Below, in pieces: positions 1 to 10,501 of a DNA stretch of 64,000 bases (positions within the stretch are counted from its first letter, which is position 1; every line of letters starts with the position of its first letter). The DNA comes from a bacterium (GTDB lineage Bacteria; SAR324; NAC60-12): contig CBDBHR010000026.1 of assembly GCA_965205865.1 (NCBI GenBank), positions 243,204 through 307,203 of the forward strand, read 5' to 3'. The notes beneath the pieces were generated by a model. That model saw only the letters and a list, made by a program, of their open reading frames with translations, made no database searches and was not told where the DNA came from. The translations under genes and the position numbers were made by a program.

Positions 1-782
1 ATCTGTCAGGCCTGGAAGTCATTGCTCGTGCCGCATCCCTCTCCGGAGTCAGCATAGACAAGATTGCAGAACGGATCATCGAGTCCGGCCAGCCCCAAAT
101 CCTGAAAATGGAGGAGGTCTTGGATGAAAAAAGCGATCTGCGACTGGCTCGTCCCTTCGACCCTCCGGAAGTGTGGGGTGCCGGCGCGACCTATAACAAA
201 GACCTGAGCAAGGCCTCAGAAAGTTACGTCAAGATCTATCAGGCAGAGCGCCCGATGCTTTTCTTCAAGGCAACGCCACAACGATGTGTCGGCCCCTTTG
301 AGTCCGTTGGAATACGGGAGGACAGCGCGATCAACATCCCGGAGCCTGAGCTCGCCTTTGTGCTCTACCAGGGGGAGATCATTGGCTACACCATCGCCAA
401 CGACATGAGCGCCGTGTCCCTCGAGGCAGAAAATACCTATTACCAGCCCCAGGCCAAAGTCTATAATCGTAGCTGCGCCATCGGGCCCTGCTTCGTGACT
501 GCGGAATCGATCCAAACCCCTGAGGATCTGGATTTACGCTGCTCTACAAGACGTGACAACGAAGCAGTGTGGCACGGCGAGAGCTCCACTTCCCATTTGG
601 CCCGCAGCTGCGCCCAACTGGCCGACTGGATCCAACGGCACAATTCCATGCCCGACTTGACGACGGTGCTCACCGGATGTGATTGTCACCCACCGTCAGG
701 ATTCAGTCTTCAGGAAGGCGATGTGATCAGCATCACGATCGAGGGAATCGGGACGCTGGAAAACAACGTCATTGTCGTGTAG
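1..782 (+). CDS. Fumarylacetoacetate hydrolase family protein, copy 1 (5' end outside window)
   Basis: PEVWGAGATY, LFFKAT, PEPELA, GYTIANDMSA, AIGPC motifs; near-identical to 11792-12670. Confidence 0.85.
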   Translation, partial: LSGLEVIARAASLSGVSIDKIAERIIESGQPQILKMEEVLDEKSDLRLARPFDPPEVWGAGATYNKDLSKASESYVKIYQAERPMLFFKATPQRCVGPFESVGIREDSAINIPEPELAFVLYQGEIIGYTIANDMSAVSLEAENTYYQPQAKVYNRSCAIGPCFVTAESIQTPEDLDLRCSTRRDNEAVWHGESSTSHLARSCAQLADWIQRHNSMPDLTTVLTGCDCHPPSGFSLQEGDVISITIEGIGTLENNVIVV

Positions 783-808
783 ATGGGGGTTGTTTGAACG
801 GTTCACCT

Positions 809-1062
809 CTATTTTATCAGTTGATCGTATTCAGCATGCGTACCGATCCAAAACCAGATCAATCCTTCTTCCGTTTCCACTGCTACGGTTCGATACTTTC
901 TACCAACCCTGGCGGACCAATACCTTCCTACTTTTTTGAGATGTAATGAAGGATGATGAGGATCTGAATTGAGAATTTTAATTTTTTTTCGGCGAGTTTC
1001 CGGATGGATGAGTGAAGTTGATAATAACGATCCCAAAAAGAAGGATTTGCAAAGTGCTTTAG
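809..1062 (-). pseudogene. RelE/ParE-like toxin, frameshift in A/T run (~981-989), no canonical start
   Basis: KHFANPSFWDRY...DPHHPSLHLKKVGRYWSARVG...WFWIGTHAEYDQL across two frames. Confidence 0.75.
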
Positions 1063-1259
1063 ATCTCCTTGCATTTTCCCGCCTTAAAATCAGCAATAGC
1101 TTGATCAGCTAGTGAGTCCAGTTTTTCTGAGGCAACATCCTCTTCAAATTGTTGATCCCATACTTCTTGGTCGAATTTATCGAACCATTCTCTAAAATTT
1201 ATTAAATCTGCTTTGGATAATTGTGAAACCGCTTTTTCAATTTCCTGAACGCTCTGCAT
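1059..1259 (-). CDS. Small putative antitoxin paired with the RelE/ParE-like gene
   Basis: 66 aa VQEIEKAVSQL...WDQQFEEDV...KLDSLA, overlaps toxin start. Confidence 0.7.
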   Translation of the reverse strand: MQSVQEIEKAVSQLSKADLINFREWFDKFDQEVWDQQFEEDVASEKLDSLADQAIADFKAGKCKEI

Positions 1260-1380
1260 ATTGTTCCTTACATTTGTCGATGAAGCATTTTTTCCTCAAG
1301 TAGGGGAAATCATACCATGATCGCCTCAAAGATAAAACATGTCTATTAGTGAACGAACTTCCAAAATCATTGCCTGAAGG

Positions 1381-1620
1381 GCGTATTCCGCTCACTTCGA
1401 TCACTGATTCCGGCCACTTCGATCACCCCTTCGGAGCGAAGCGACGCTCTCTTTAAACAACTTTTAATTCATTGCATAGAATTGGTCAACTTGGATCTTT
1501 TTTTTCTGACCGACTCTCCTTTCAATTGAAGTTTATAGGCATTGCGCGCCACTCGGTCGAGGATGGCATCAGCCAGAGTGGGATCTCCGATGATCTGATG
1601 CCATTTTTCCACAGGAAGTC
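1381..1620 (-). mobile_element. IS21-family remnant: istB 3' end plus terminal repeats
   Basis: Minus frame [39 protein letters not shown]; tandem ATTCCG..CACTTCGATCAC repeats at 1385-1426. Confidence 0.75.
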
Positions 1621-2761
1621 GAGCGGTAATAGATGATTTGGCTCATGAGTTTTTTTGCAGAGCCCATGTACTCCCGCAAGCGTAGCAGTTTCAAGGAGGA
1701 GCGCAGCCGTTTTTCCAAAAGTTCCAGGCTTGTCCGGACCCGCAGGTGATACCCCTTGGCTATGAGGACGTATTTGAGATATTCCTTGCGCCTCTTTTCT
1801 TCACGGGCACGCTTTATTTGCTCAACTTTCGAAGTGGAGGGCCTGAGCTTTTGGATGAGACGATACTGCTTTTTGAACTGCCTGAGGTTGAACCGATATT
1901 GTCGCCAGCCCTCCAACTGGCAACTCCGTGAAAGCCGGGCGCATTCTTCAACCGTCTTGCGTACGGCGTCGAAGAGCAGGTTGACGTCGGTCGGATAATG
2001 CGCATTGGTTTCAACCACAAAGGAGTCGCAGCGTGCACGTAGCGCCTTGCTTGAATCATGAAGTTCAATCTTCTTCTCCGTGCGAATTCGGGTTGGCCCA
2101 TCTTTTGGGGCGTTTTTTTTTACCAGCCCATGTCCGGCTTTGACAACCAACTGGTTGATCTCATCGAGAATCTCAGGTGTGAAAAGACGCAGGTTATCCT
2201 TGATCGTCTGCCGGTTGTACGTCATTTTGTCCTCCCACCCACCATGTCCGAGCATCTGCCGGATGGTGTCGTGATGGTTAGCCAACTCATGGATGCGGTC
2301 GTAATCGCTGTTGAAACCCGGGCGCAGTACGCCAAGCACCAGAATCTTCCACTGCTCCATCCCGGGGACGCCCAAGACGGGGTCCGCTTTGCGATGCCTG
2401 TCTTCGTTGCTCAGGCCCGGACCGCTTCGCGAGGGGATGACCCGTTCCGGAACCTTGAATACCGATGCGCGTAATGCTGGCGTGGCGTATATGTATTGCA
2501 AACCGCGAAGGATAGGGGGGATGTCATCACGGGATTTTAGATCCAACTCGATGGCGGCAACGTCGACTTCGCCGAACTTTATCTGGGGGTCACGTATGGT
2601 GCGCATAAAATTTCAAATCTTGAAGATTTACGGAAAAACGAAAGAAACCAGTCCGAAGATACTGTAACTGCAACGATTGACCCTTCATGCGAGCTGGTAC
2701 GCACTCGGGTTTTCTCAAATCTTCGCGTCACAAATATCAGTTTATCATCCTGATATAATTA
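1620..2761 (-). mobile_element. ISNCY/IS5-like DDE transposase element, 3' truncated (ORF 1569-2606)
   Basis: SRDDIP, GMEQWKILVLG, RCDSFVVET.AHYPTD motifs; same left end recurs inverted at 32934. Confidence 0.75.
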
Positions 2762-3003
2762 AGTAAAGAATCCACCTTCTTAGAAGGTGGTTTTGATGGG
2801 CCCCTGGAAGGGGCGACTCGTGATCGTACTCGTGAGCCGTGCTCGTGCTCATGAACGAAACGGCATCCCAGAGAATCCTGGATTCCCTGCCGTCTCTTCT
2901 ATTCGGAATCCCCATCTCAAGGGAATCGGGAACGTTTCTATCGAGCACGTGTACGATTACGAACACGTGCACGTTTCTGGCAGAGCCGATTATCTCTGAC
3001 CAC
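2762..3003. repeat. Palindromic CTCGTG/CACGTG hexamer element, copy 1 (others 11550-11735, 19232-19448)
   Basis: Shared AAGTAAAGAATCCACCTTCTTAGAAGGT...CTCTGACCAC sequence in three places. Confidence 0.85.
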
Positions 3004-3116
3004 GCCCACCTGGATTCTGTCAGTTCGATGGATGTGGTTGGAGCCCAATTAGCTATAATTGCAATAACGGAGCTGCACTCCAACGCATTTCCGACAGAAA
3101 CCTTGCGGTAGAAGCT

Positions 3117-4082
3117 ATGAAAACGTACATCATCCGGCGGGTCCTGCTGCTGATTCCGACCTTTTTTCTGGTCACCATTTTGGTGTTCCTCTCGGTGCGG
3201 TTCATACCCGGGGATGTCATAGACACGCTTTTGTACCGGATGGAGGATGGGGCAGGCGGCGGCGCCCACATCGACCGTGCGGGGCTCGAGCAGCGGCTGG
3301 GGCTGGACGTGCCGGTCCCCGTGCAGTATGGCCGCTGGATGGGCGGCATACTCCTGCGTGGCGACCTGGGCAAGCCTCTGTTGAAGGCGGAACCGGTCGG
3401 TCAACTGATCGCCGGCCGGCTGCCGACCACCATCGAGCTGGGTCTGGTGTCGATCCTCATTGGTCTGCTGATCGGAGTGCCCATCGGGATTTACTCTGCA
3501 ATCAAGCAGAACATCCTGGGAGACTACGCCGCTCGCTCCTTCGCCATCTTCGGCCTGGCGACGCCCAACTTCTGGCTGGCCACCATCATCCTCATCTTCC
3601 CGGCGATCTGGTGGGGATGGGCTCCCCCGCTGCGTCTGGTGCGCCTGAACGACGACTTCGTCGGCCACTTTGGCATCTTCATCGTGCCGGGTCTGATCCT
3701 CGGCACCTATCTGGCAGCGGGCACGATGCGGATGACCCGCACGATGATGCTGGAGGTGCTCCGGCAGGATTACATTCGCACAGCATGGGCCAAGGGCCTC
3801 AGAGAGCGCCTGGTCATCCTGCGGCACGCCATCAAGAACGCGCTGATCCCGGTGGTGACCTTGATTGGACTGCAGCTGCCCTTAGTGATCGGCGGTACGG
3901 TGATCATGGAGCAGATGTTCGCCATCCCGGGTCTGGGACGGCTGATGATCAATGCCTTCAATAATCGCGACTACCCGTTGATATAGGGGATCAATCTCTT
4001 CTTTGCCTTCGCGGTCATGACGATTAATTTGTTCATCGACCTCCTCTACTCCTACCTGGATCCACGAATCCAATACAAGTAA
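3117..4082 (+). pseudogene. DppB/OppB-like permease with in-frame TAG at 3984-3986
   Basis: EVLRQDYIRTAWAKGL motif; frame continues GINLFFA...LDPRIQYK after the stop; paralogs have CAG here. Confidence 0.85.
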
Positions 4083-4317
4083 GCGGACTCTCGATGCGTG
4101 AAGTGACGCGACCCAAATCGAAACCGCATACCCTATAGCACTACACCTGGGGATAGCAGGAGGCATCGGTCGTTTGTTAAAGGGATCACTCAGTATGATG
4201 AAGAGAAGGAAGAATTTTTGAAAATTGAGAAGTTGCAACCAAGCAGTTAAAGGCGTAAGCTAAAATTAATCTGATGATGGAGGAATTCATAACGCTCAAA
4301 CACTGAAGAGACGATCC

Positions 4318-4593
4318 ATGACAACACTTTTACAACAGACCCTGGAGGAATTAGCTTCAACAGAAAAACAGCAAAAACGGTTGGTAGCTTATTTGAGAGA
4401 ACACGAAGCAGAGATTTTAAATTACGTCAACAACGAGGTGGACACGCCTCCTCCTAAAACCCCCGATCCAAAAGAGACAGAAAATGACCCATGGGCAACC
4501 CTTGATATTGACAGTATCGCCGTTGAGACAGGGATTCCCGATCTTGCCAAAAATTATAAACATTATCTTTACGACCTTCCAAAACGCCCATGA
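4318..4593 (+). CDS. Putative VapB-type antitoxin
   Basis: Overlaps PIN gene (ATGA); C-terminal GIPDLAKNYKHYLY. Confidence 0.65.
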   Translation: MTTLLQQTLEELASTEKQQKRLVAYLREHEAEILNYVNNEVDTPPPKTPDPKETENDPWATLDIDSIAVETGIPDLAKNYKHYLYDLPKRP

Positions 4594-4997
4594 GTCTTAT
4601 CTTTGTTGACACTTCTGCACTTATTGCCCTGGGGAATAAACAGGATGACTTGCATGATAAAGCTAAAAACATCAGAAACGCCTTAATCCAAGCCCACCAG
4701 TCCTTTATTACAACAAACGCCATTTTACTCGAATTGTGCAATACGTTTAGTGCTCTGAATTTGAGAAATGGCGCCATCCAATTGGTGACGGCCATCCGAC
4801 AATCGCCGACCTGGTATTGTGTTGCGATTGATCCCCTGATGGACGCAGGGATTGAGTTATTCAAACAACGACTGGATAAAGAATGGAGTCTTGTAGATTG
4901 TCAGAGTATTTTAGTAGCTCAAACATATAAAATCACGGACATCTTCACCCATGACCACCATTTTGAGCAAGCCGGATTTAACATTCTGTTGAAATAA
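4590..4997 (+). CDS. vapC: PIN-domain VapC toxin
   Basis: IFVDTSALIAL, WSLVDC, IFTHDHHFEQAGF. Confidence 0.9.
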   Translation: MSLIFVDTSALIALGNKQDDLHDKAKNIRNALIQAHQSFITTNAILLELCNTFSALNLRNGAIQLVTAIRQSPTWYCVAIDPLMDAGIELFKQRLDKEWSLVDCQSILVAQTYKITDIFTHDHHFEQAGFNILLK

Positions 4998-5049
4998 TTA
5001 TCGAGGCATGGAGAGGGAAAAGATCAAAGGAATGGCTAAAACCAGCGCG

Positions 5050-5120
5050 AGTTGGGCACGGCTGATCCATAAGATCTTCGAAGTGGATCCACTCTTATGT
5101 CCCAATTGTGGTAAAGACAG
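5050..5120 (+). mobile_element. IS91-like transposase C-terminal scrap
   Basis: WARLIHKIFEVDPLLCPNCGK. Confidence 0.55.
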
Positions 5121-5379
5121 GTACTATCGTTTTGTGTAATTTTTGATTTTGCTATGTGGCAATTTCGATATACTTAGAGCCAGGGAGAAAACCTGCTCCG
5201 AAAAAACAGGTCAATCGTTTCAGCTTAAGGAATGTCTATGAGGATAAAGCCATGCGAATTCATGCTCCCAAAAAAAATGACCGCTTTGGACGAGGGGCTA
5301 CTTTTGTCTGCATTCATTGGAAGTTGAATTTATACCGAAATCAAAAACTCTCGCTCGTAGTCGCTGGTCCGAAAAGAGG

Positions 5380-5684
5380 CATTTGATAGAATTGTTAACC
5401 TATGCTATTGTAGAGAAGTTTTCTAAACTGACGAGAGAGGAGATAGAGAAGATGCTCAAACTGACCCCATTGGACGAAACCGTCGCCGGAAAAGAACTGA
5501 TCCAAATCGGAAAATCTCAAGGTTTGCAAGAAGGTCAAGAAGAAGGGATACTGATCGGTCAAATCCACATGACTCAAAACCTTCTCAACAAGAGAGGACT
5601 CCTAAAGAAGAGTTGATTCGAAAAAGGAATGAAGAGTTACAAAGCCTGCTTCAACAGCTTCAATCTCAACTCAATCGCTCCTAA
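5380..5684 (+). pseudogene. Rpn/DUF2887-like protein C-terminal fragment
   Basis: KFSKLTREEIEKML...GLQEGQEEG. Confidence 0.55.
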
Positions 5685-5805
5685 GCAAACTCAAGCAACT
5701 TTTTGCGAAAGCTGCTTATTTTGAGTGCGCATCACTCCTTGAAATGATGCGCTCTGCATCCCATGCTTTTCGTTCCGGGAAAGGCAGGATTGCACAGTAT
5801 TTTCA

Positions 5806-6085
5806 AGGACTGACACAGAGAAGAGCGAGGATCAAGTCCAGGATGAGACAAGCACTCGCTACTGAGGAGTTAAGATGAGTAATAAAATCTTTTGACATCC
5901 TCTAAATTTTTTTATATTGTCCTGGAAGGATGCCTTTGCTATTTTTAAGGACTGACACAGATAGGAGCCAAGATCAAGTCCAGGATGAGACAAGCACTCG
6001 CCACTGAGGAGTTAAGATGAGCAAAAAAATCTATTGACATCCTCTAAATATTTTTATATTGTGCTGGAAGGATGCCTTTGCTATT
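5806..6085 (+). repeat. Tandem ~141-bp direct repeat, each unit with TTGACA-N17-TATTGT and RBS plus 6-codon micro-ORF
   Basis: Both units start AAGGACTGACACAGA and end GGAAGGATGCCTTTGCTATT. Confidence 0.85.
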
Positions 6086-6753
6086 CTGGGAGCGAAAGTC
6101 ATATTTTAGACACGTTTTGAAATATCGTCAGATGGATAGGATACTGAATGGGATAATGAAATCTACCAGGATTTTGCCATCATCGTTCTTTTGTGATAGT
6201 TTTCAAGAAATCGCCTTGGGCTGACGGTTTTTAAGAATTTCGGCTTGTTTTTCGTTTTCTCTTTTGATAGATTTCAAGAAAACGCCTTTGATTGAAGGGT
6301 TTATTTCAATTTTGCTAATATTTTAGCCGAAAGTCATGTAAAACATCATATCCTCACCAGAGGATTTTTAGAAACGGTCAACGGGGAATTGAAAAGTGCC
6401 CAAATTTTACTTTTATTTTAAATAAATCGGATATTGATTAAAAAAACATATTGACTTCCTGTTCTGGATATGAGAAAATTTGCCTTAAATTGTCGCTGTA
6501 GCGAAATAGCTTTTAGCCGTCTGCTGTCAGCTGTCAGTTTTTGAATCAAATTGATATACAGTTTTTTTGTAAGTGAAAACCGATAGCTGAGAACAGATAG
6601 CCTTTAATGCTTGACAAACATTTGCAAGATTATACAGTATTTTATTCCAGGAACAGAAGAGCAATAATGAGATCCTTCGCTTTGCTCAGGATGACATGAA
6701 AGGCTAATATTAACCCATTTCAAGTTTAAAAGCATCTTGACAATAAGGTGGAT

Positions 6754-7078
6754 ATGAGAGTAAACTCAAACACCCAGCTCCCAGCTCCCAGTAATAAGTT
6801 CCAAGCAACAAGTCACAAGTCCCCAATCCCAAGTTCTACCCCCTTATATTATCTCGACCTCAGGGAGAGATCCATAAGATTCCTAGTTCCCAATCCCAAG
6901 TTCCAAGAACAGAAGGGCAATCGGGAAAATCATGGGCGTCTGAGAACGTCCTTTATTCGTTCTTTTTTATAAGGAGAACACCATGCTGAAATCAGGAAAG
7001 CGGAATTGGTCCGCCAAACAAGGAAAGCTGGTCAAGCCTGCAGATAAACTTCACGTTAACAATCATATAAGGAGGTAG
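6754..7078 (+). other. Two chained upstream ORFs (6754-6972, 6983-7078) leading into the SBP gene
   Basis: Each stop overlaps or abuts the next SD (TAAGGAG; AGGAGGTAG); first contains heptamer repeats. Confidence 0.4.
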
Positions 7079-7080
7079 TT

Positions 7081-9108
7081 ATGAAACGAGCATTATCTTT
7101 AGCAAGCGAGGTTCCTATGTATCTTAAGAAATTTCTGGCCCGCTTCGTTGGGCTGACCGTGGCAAACGTCGTGTCTGCTGCGAAAACCCGATTCGCCCCA
7201 TGTCGGGTGAATCGTTCTCAAAACCCTCAATTTAAAGAGGTTCTTATGTATTGTATTTTAAAGAAACTTGTCGCCTCCATCGCGAGGCTGAACCCGGTAG
7301 GCTCTTTGTCTGCTGTACAAAAGCTTGTCCTCGCAAAAGCGGGGATGCCACCCTTGTTGCTCACCTTCACCCTGATGGTGGCCGCCCTCTGGGTCAGTTC
7401 GGCCGTGGCGGCTGAGAAAGAGACGGTGTTCGACCCCGCCACCGGCCAGACGTGGACTGCGCATGAGTATGGCGGGACACTCACGTTTGGCATGAAGCGC
7501 TATCCTAAGAGTGCTGACGTGTGGTACGCTGGTGGCTGGGCGCCTGTCCTCATCAGTGGTGTTAATGAGAAGCTAGCCTTCGCCGACTGGGGACTATCCA
7601 GGGAAAAGACCGCTGACTTTTACCACTTTGTGACCCCAGCGATGACCACAGGGTGTCTGGCGGAAAGCTGGTCGCAGCCCGACCCCACAACGTTCATCTG
7701 GCACATCCGCCAGGGCGTTTTCTGGGACAATAAGGAGCCGGTGAACGGTCGTCAGTTCGATGCTTATGACGTCGAATGGAACTATCACCGCTATTTGGGT
7801 CTGGGTGAATTCAGCGAACTCGGAATCAGCCCCGAAGTTGAGGATATAACGAATGGTCTCTCGTACGAATCGGTAACGGCCACCGATAAATGGACGGTTG
7901 AGGTTAAGCTGGCGAAGCCTGACGCCGATGTGCTGGGGAAAATGCTACACACCTACCTTTTTGTGTACGCCCCCGAGGTAATCGAGAAATACGGCGACGC
8001 TCAGGATTGGAGGAACGCGGTCGGCACCGGGCCCTATCGACTGACTGAGTACGTCCAGGACAGCTCGGCAACCTGGGAGAAGAATCCTAACTACTGGAAA
8101 TACGACGAAAAATGGCCGGAGAACCGCCTGCCCTATACTGACAAGTTAGTGAGCCTGGCTATGCCAGAGTCAGCGACACGTATATCGGCAATGCGCACGG
8201 GTAAGATTGATATGCTGACTGAAGCCGGCGACGCTTATATACTGAGTCCCGACTATGTAGAGAGCCTCCAGAAGAGCAACCCTGAAATCGAGTTGTGGAC
8301 CATTTATTCCATTGTCATTGACATTTTCGGTTTTAACCAGTCTTCGGAGCTCATGCAGGACGTCAATGTGCGCAAGGCACTGCAGATGGCAGTGGACAAC
8401 GAGGCAATCAACAATTCCTTCTTTAAGGGTTTTGGAGATACAGCACTTTATGGGACAATAAATCAAGATTCTAAAGGGTGGAACTGGCCAGTTGAAGAAT
8501 GGCCGGACGAGGTCAAGCAAGAATATACCTATAATCCGAAAAGGGCCGAGGAGATCCTTGATGCGGCTGGATATCCACGCCGCGCCGACGGCTATAGATT
8601 CAAGGTCAAGCTAGGCAGTGCGGAAAAGTTTGAAACGACCTATGCAGAAATACTCGTGTCGTACTTCGATGCCATTGGCGTTGATAGCGAGATTGAAGTG
8701 GTTACTGCGGCCGACAAGGGAGCTGCCCGAAGGGGGCCGACGATGAAGTGGGATTTACACAATTTTGGGTATTATAGCTGGTTCGCCCCCAACAAGGATA
8801 TATATTGTTTATCAAATTGCGCAGATGGTCATTGGCCCAAAACGAAGGACCAGCGAATGCACGACATAGTTGCCGCCATGAAAGTCGCTGCCACCATGGA
8901 GGAGTCGATGAGCTTACATCGAGAGGCCGATGAGAAAACGGTAAGGGAGCACTATGCCATAATCAAACCCCAATCCCCTAAGTTTTACGTGAGCCAGCCG
9001 TGGGTCGAGGGTTATTTCGGTGAATCAGGTATGCAACGGGCCTCACGTAATACCTTCATGGCCCGCCTCTGGATTGATAGTGCGATGAAGAAAGAAATGG
9101 GGCATTAG
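7081..9108 (+). CDS. ABC transporter substrate-binding protein, family 5 (SBP1); start ambiguous (7081/7117/7246)
   Basis: Signal peptide ending AVA-AE, EYGGTL, LAESW, GTGPY, VRKALQMAVD. Confidence 0.9.
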   Translation: MKRALSLASEVPMYLKKFLARFVGLTVANVVSAAKTRFAPCRVNRSQNPQFKEVLMYCILKKLVASIARLNPVGSLSAVQKLVLAKAGMPPLLLTFTLMVAALWVSSAVAAEKETVFDPATGQTWTAHEYGGTLTFGMKRYPKSADVWYAGGWAPVLISGVNEKLAFADWGLSREKTADFYHFVTPAMTTGCLAESWSQPDPTTFIWHIRQGVFWDNKEPVNGRQFDAYDVEWNYHRYLGLGEFSELGISPEVEDITNGLSYESVTATDKWTVEVKLAKPDADVLGKMLHTYLFVYAPEVIEKYGDAQDWRNAVGTGPYRLTEYVQDSSATWEKNPNYWKYDEKWPENRLPYTDKLVSLAMPESATRISAMRTGKIDMLTEAGDAYILSPDYVESLQKSNPEIELWTIYSIVIDIFGFNQSSELMQDVNVRKALQMAVDNEAINNSFFKGFGDTALYGTINQDSKGWNWPVEEWPDEVKQEYTYNPKRAEEILDAAGYPRRADGYRFKVKLGSAEKFETTYAEILVSYFDAIGVDSEIEVVTAADKGAARRGPTMKWDLHNFGYYSWFAPNKDIYCLSNCADGHWPKTKDQRMHDIVAAMKVAATMEESMSLHREADEKTVREHYAIIKPQSPKFYVSQPWVEGYFGESGMQRASRNTFMARLWIDSAMKKEMGH

Positions 9109-9169
9109 AAGCCATGTTAAAACCTTGTTTCCCCTCCCCTGGCGGGAGGGGTAGGGGAGGGGGTTTCCC

Positions 9170-10174
9170 ATGAGAACATATTTCATCAGGCGGTTATTGC
9201 TCATGATCCCGACCCTGTTTCTCCTGAGTATCCTGGTCTTTCTCTCGGTGCGCTTCATCCCCGGCGATGTCGTCGACATCATGGTAGCTAAGATGCACGG
9301 ATGGGGGGGTGGCTATACAAACCGTGAAGTTCTTGAGCGTGTGTTGGGATTAGACGTGCCTGTGCACGTACAGTACGGACGCTGGATAGGAGTGTTGCCG
9401 ACCCCTGACTGGAAGACCGGTGAGTCTCAATTCAGCGGTATCCTCCAGGGCACCCTTGGCAAATCACTGTATGCCACCCATTTGTCGATAGAGGAACAGG
9501 TATTAGAGAGATTGCCAGTAACCCTTGAGCTGGGTCTCATGGCCATCGTGATCGGGTTGGTGATCGCGCTACCGGTGGGCATCTACTCGGCGATTCGCCA
9601 GGATACTGCCACCGACTACCTGGGGCGCTCCATCGCCATCATCGGCCTGGCCACGCCTAACTTCTGGCTGGCAATTATGGTCATCCTCTACCCGGCAATC
9701 TGGTGGGGCTGGGCGCCATCGATAAGGTATATCCCTCTTGTCGAAAACCCGCTGGGGAATCTGGTGATGTTCCTCATTCCCAGCGTGATTCTGGGGACGG
9801 CCATGGCTGCCGAGACCATGCGGATGACACGCACCATGATGCTGGAGGTCTTAAGGCAGGACTACATCCGCACCGCCTGGTCCAAAGGGCTCAAGGAGCA
9901 GGTCGTGGTGATCCGGCACGCCATCAAGAATGCCCTCATCCCGATAGTTACCCTGATCGGCCTGCGCTTGCCCCTCCTGATCGGGGGCTCCGTTATCATG
10001 GAAGAAATATTTGTTCTGCCGGGGATCGGTCGTTTATACCTGGATGCAATCGAGAGCAGAGACTACCCGGCGGTCCAGGGAATCAACCTGTTTTTCGCCA
10101 CCGGGGTAGTGGGGATCAATCTCTTCATCGACCTGATTTATGCTTTCTTGGACCCCAGGGTTCAGTATAAATAG
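9170..10174 (+). CDS. DppB/OppB-like ABC permease
   Basis: FIPGD, QDYIRTAWSKGL, RDYP, LDPRV. Confidence 0.92.
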   Translation: MRTYFIRRLLLMIPTLFLLSILVFLSVRFIPGDVVDIMVAKMHGWGGGYTNREVLERVLGLDVPVHVQYGRWIGVLPTPDWKTGESQFSGILQGTLGKSLYATHLSIEEQVLERLPVTLELGLMAIVIGLVIALPVGIYSAIRQDTATDYLGRSIAIIGLATPNFWLAIMVILYPAIWWGWAPSIRYIPLVENPLGNLVMFLIPSVILGTAMAAETMRMTRTMMLEVLRQDYIRTAWSKGLKEQVVVIRHAIKNALIPIVTLIGLRLPLLIGGSVIMEEIFVLPGIGRLYLDAIESRDYPAVQGINLFFATGVVGINLFIDLIYAFLDPRVQYK

Positions 10175-10223
10175 TCGTTTTGCTACTGGTAAATATGGGT
10201 TTGAGATTCGTATGTAGGAAGAA

Positions 10224-10479
10224 GTCCCTGAGGGACGAAAGAAAGTAGCCCAGCGATTTATCGCTGGGTACAAATGGCTCCTTCAAAGTCCCGGAGGGAC
10301 GAAACAACAATGAGGTCTCATATCCCATGAAAACATAATCTTAAATATGATGAGTGTTATATTTTGCATTAATTCGCTCGACCGAAGAAGTGTCGTCTCT
10401 CTGGGACTAGCTGAGAGGAAGGGGGTTTCCTTACCCAGCAATGAATTGCTGGGCTATACCTTTTCGTCCCTCAGGGACT
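10224..10479. repeat. Composite palindromic REP/MITE-like element (identical copy 17907-18162)
   Basis: GTCCCTGAGGGAC...GTCCCTCAGGGAC ends; inner CCCAGCGATTTATCGCTGGG and CCCAGCAATGAATTGCTGGG hairpins. Confidence 0.8.
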
Positions 10480-10501
10480 GTATCATAGAAAAATCGGGAT
10501 C

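Noticed and set aside
3004-3112. Four-helix-bundle gene fragment (VGNALECSSVI) on the minus strand
   Set aside because: Resemblance too short to support without a search.
2745-3827. Long antisense ORFs (also 26936-28048, 10854-11477, 59160-59867)
   Set aside because: Shadow frames of GC-rich or well-supported genes with no family motifs.
3984-3986. Amber readthrough or recoding in dppB
   Set aside because: A single CAG-to-TAG change explains it; TAG serves as a normal stop throughout and no recoding genes are present.
5806-6085. CRISPR array or tandem glycine riboswitch
   Set aside because: Only two long units, no unique spacers, no cas genes, and riboswitch consensus not recognisable.
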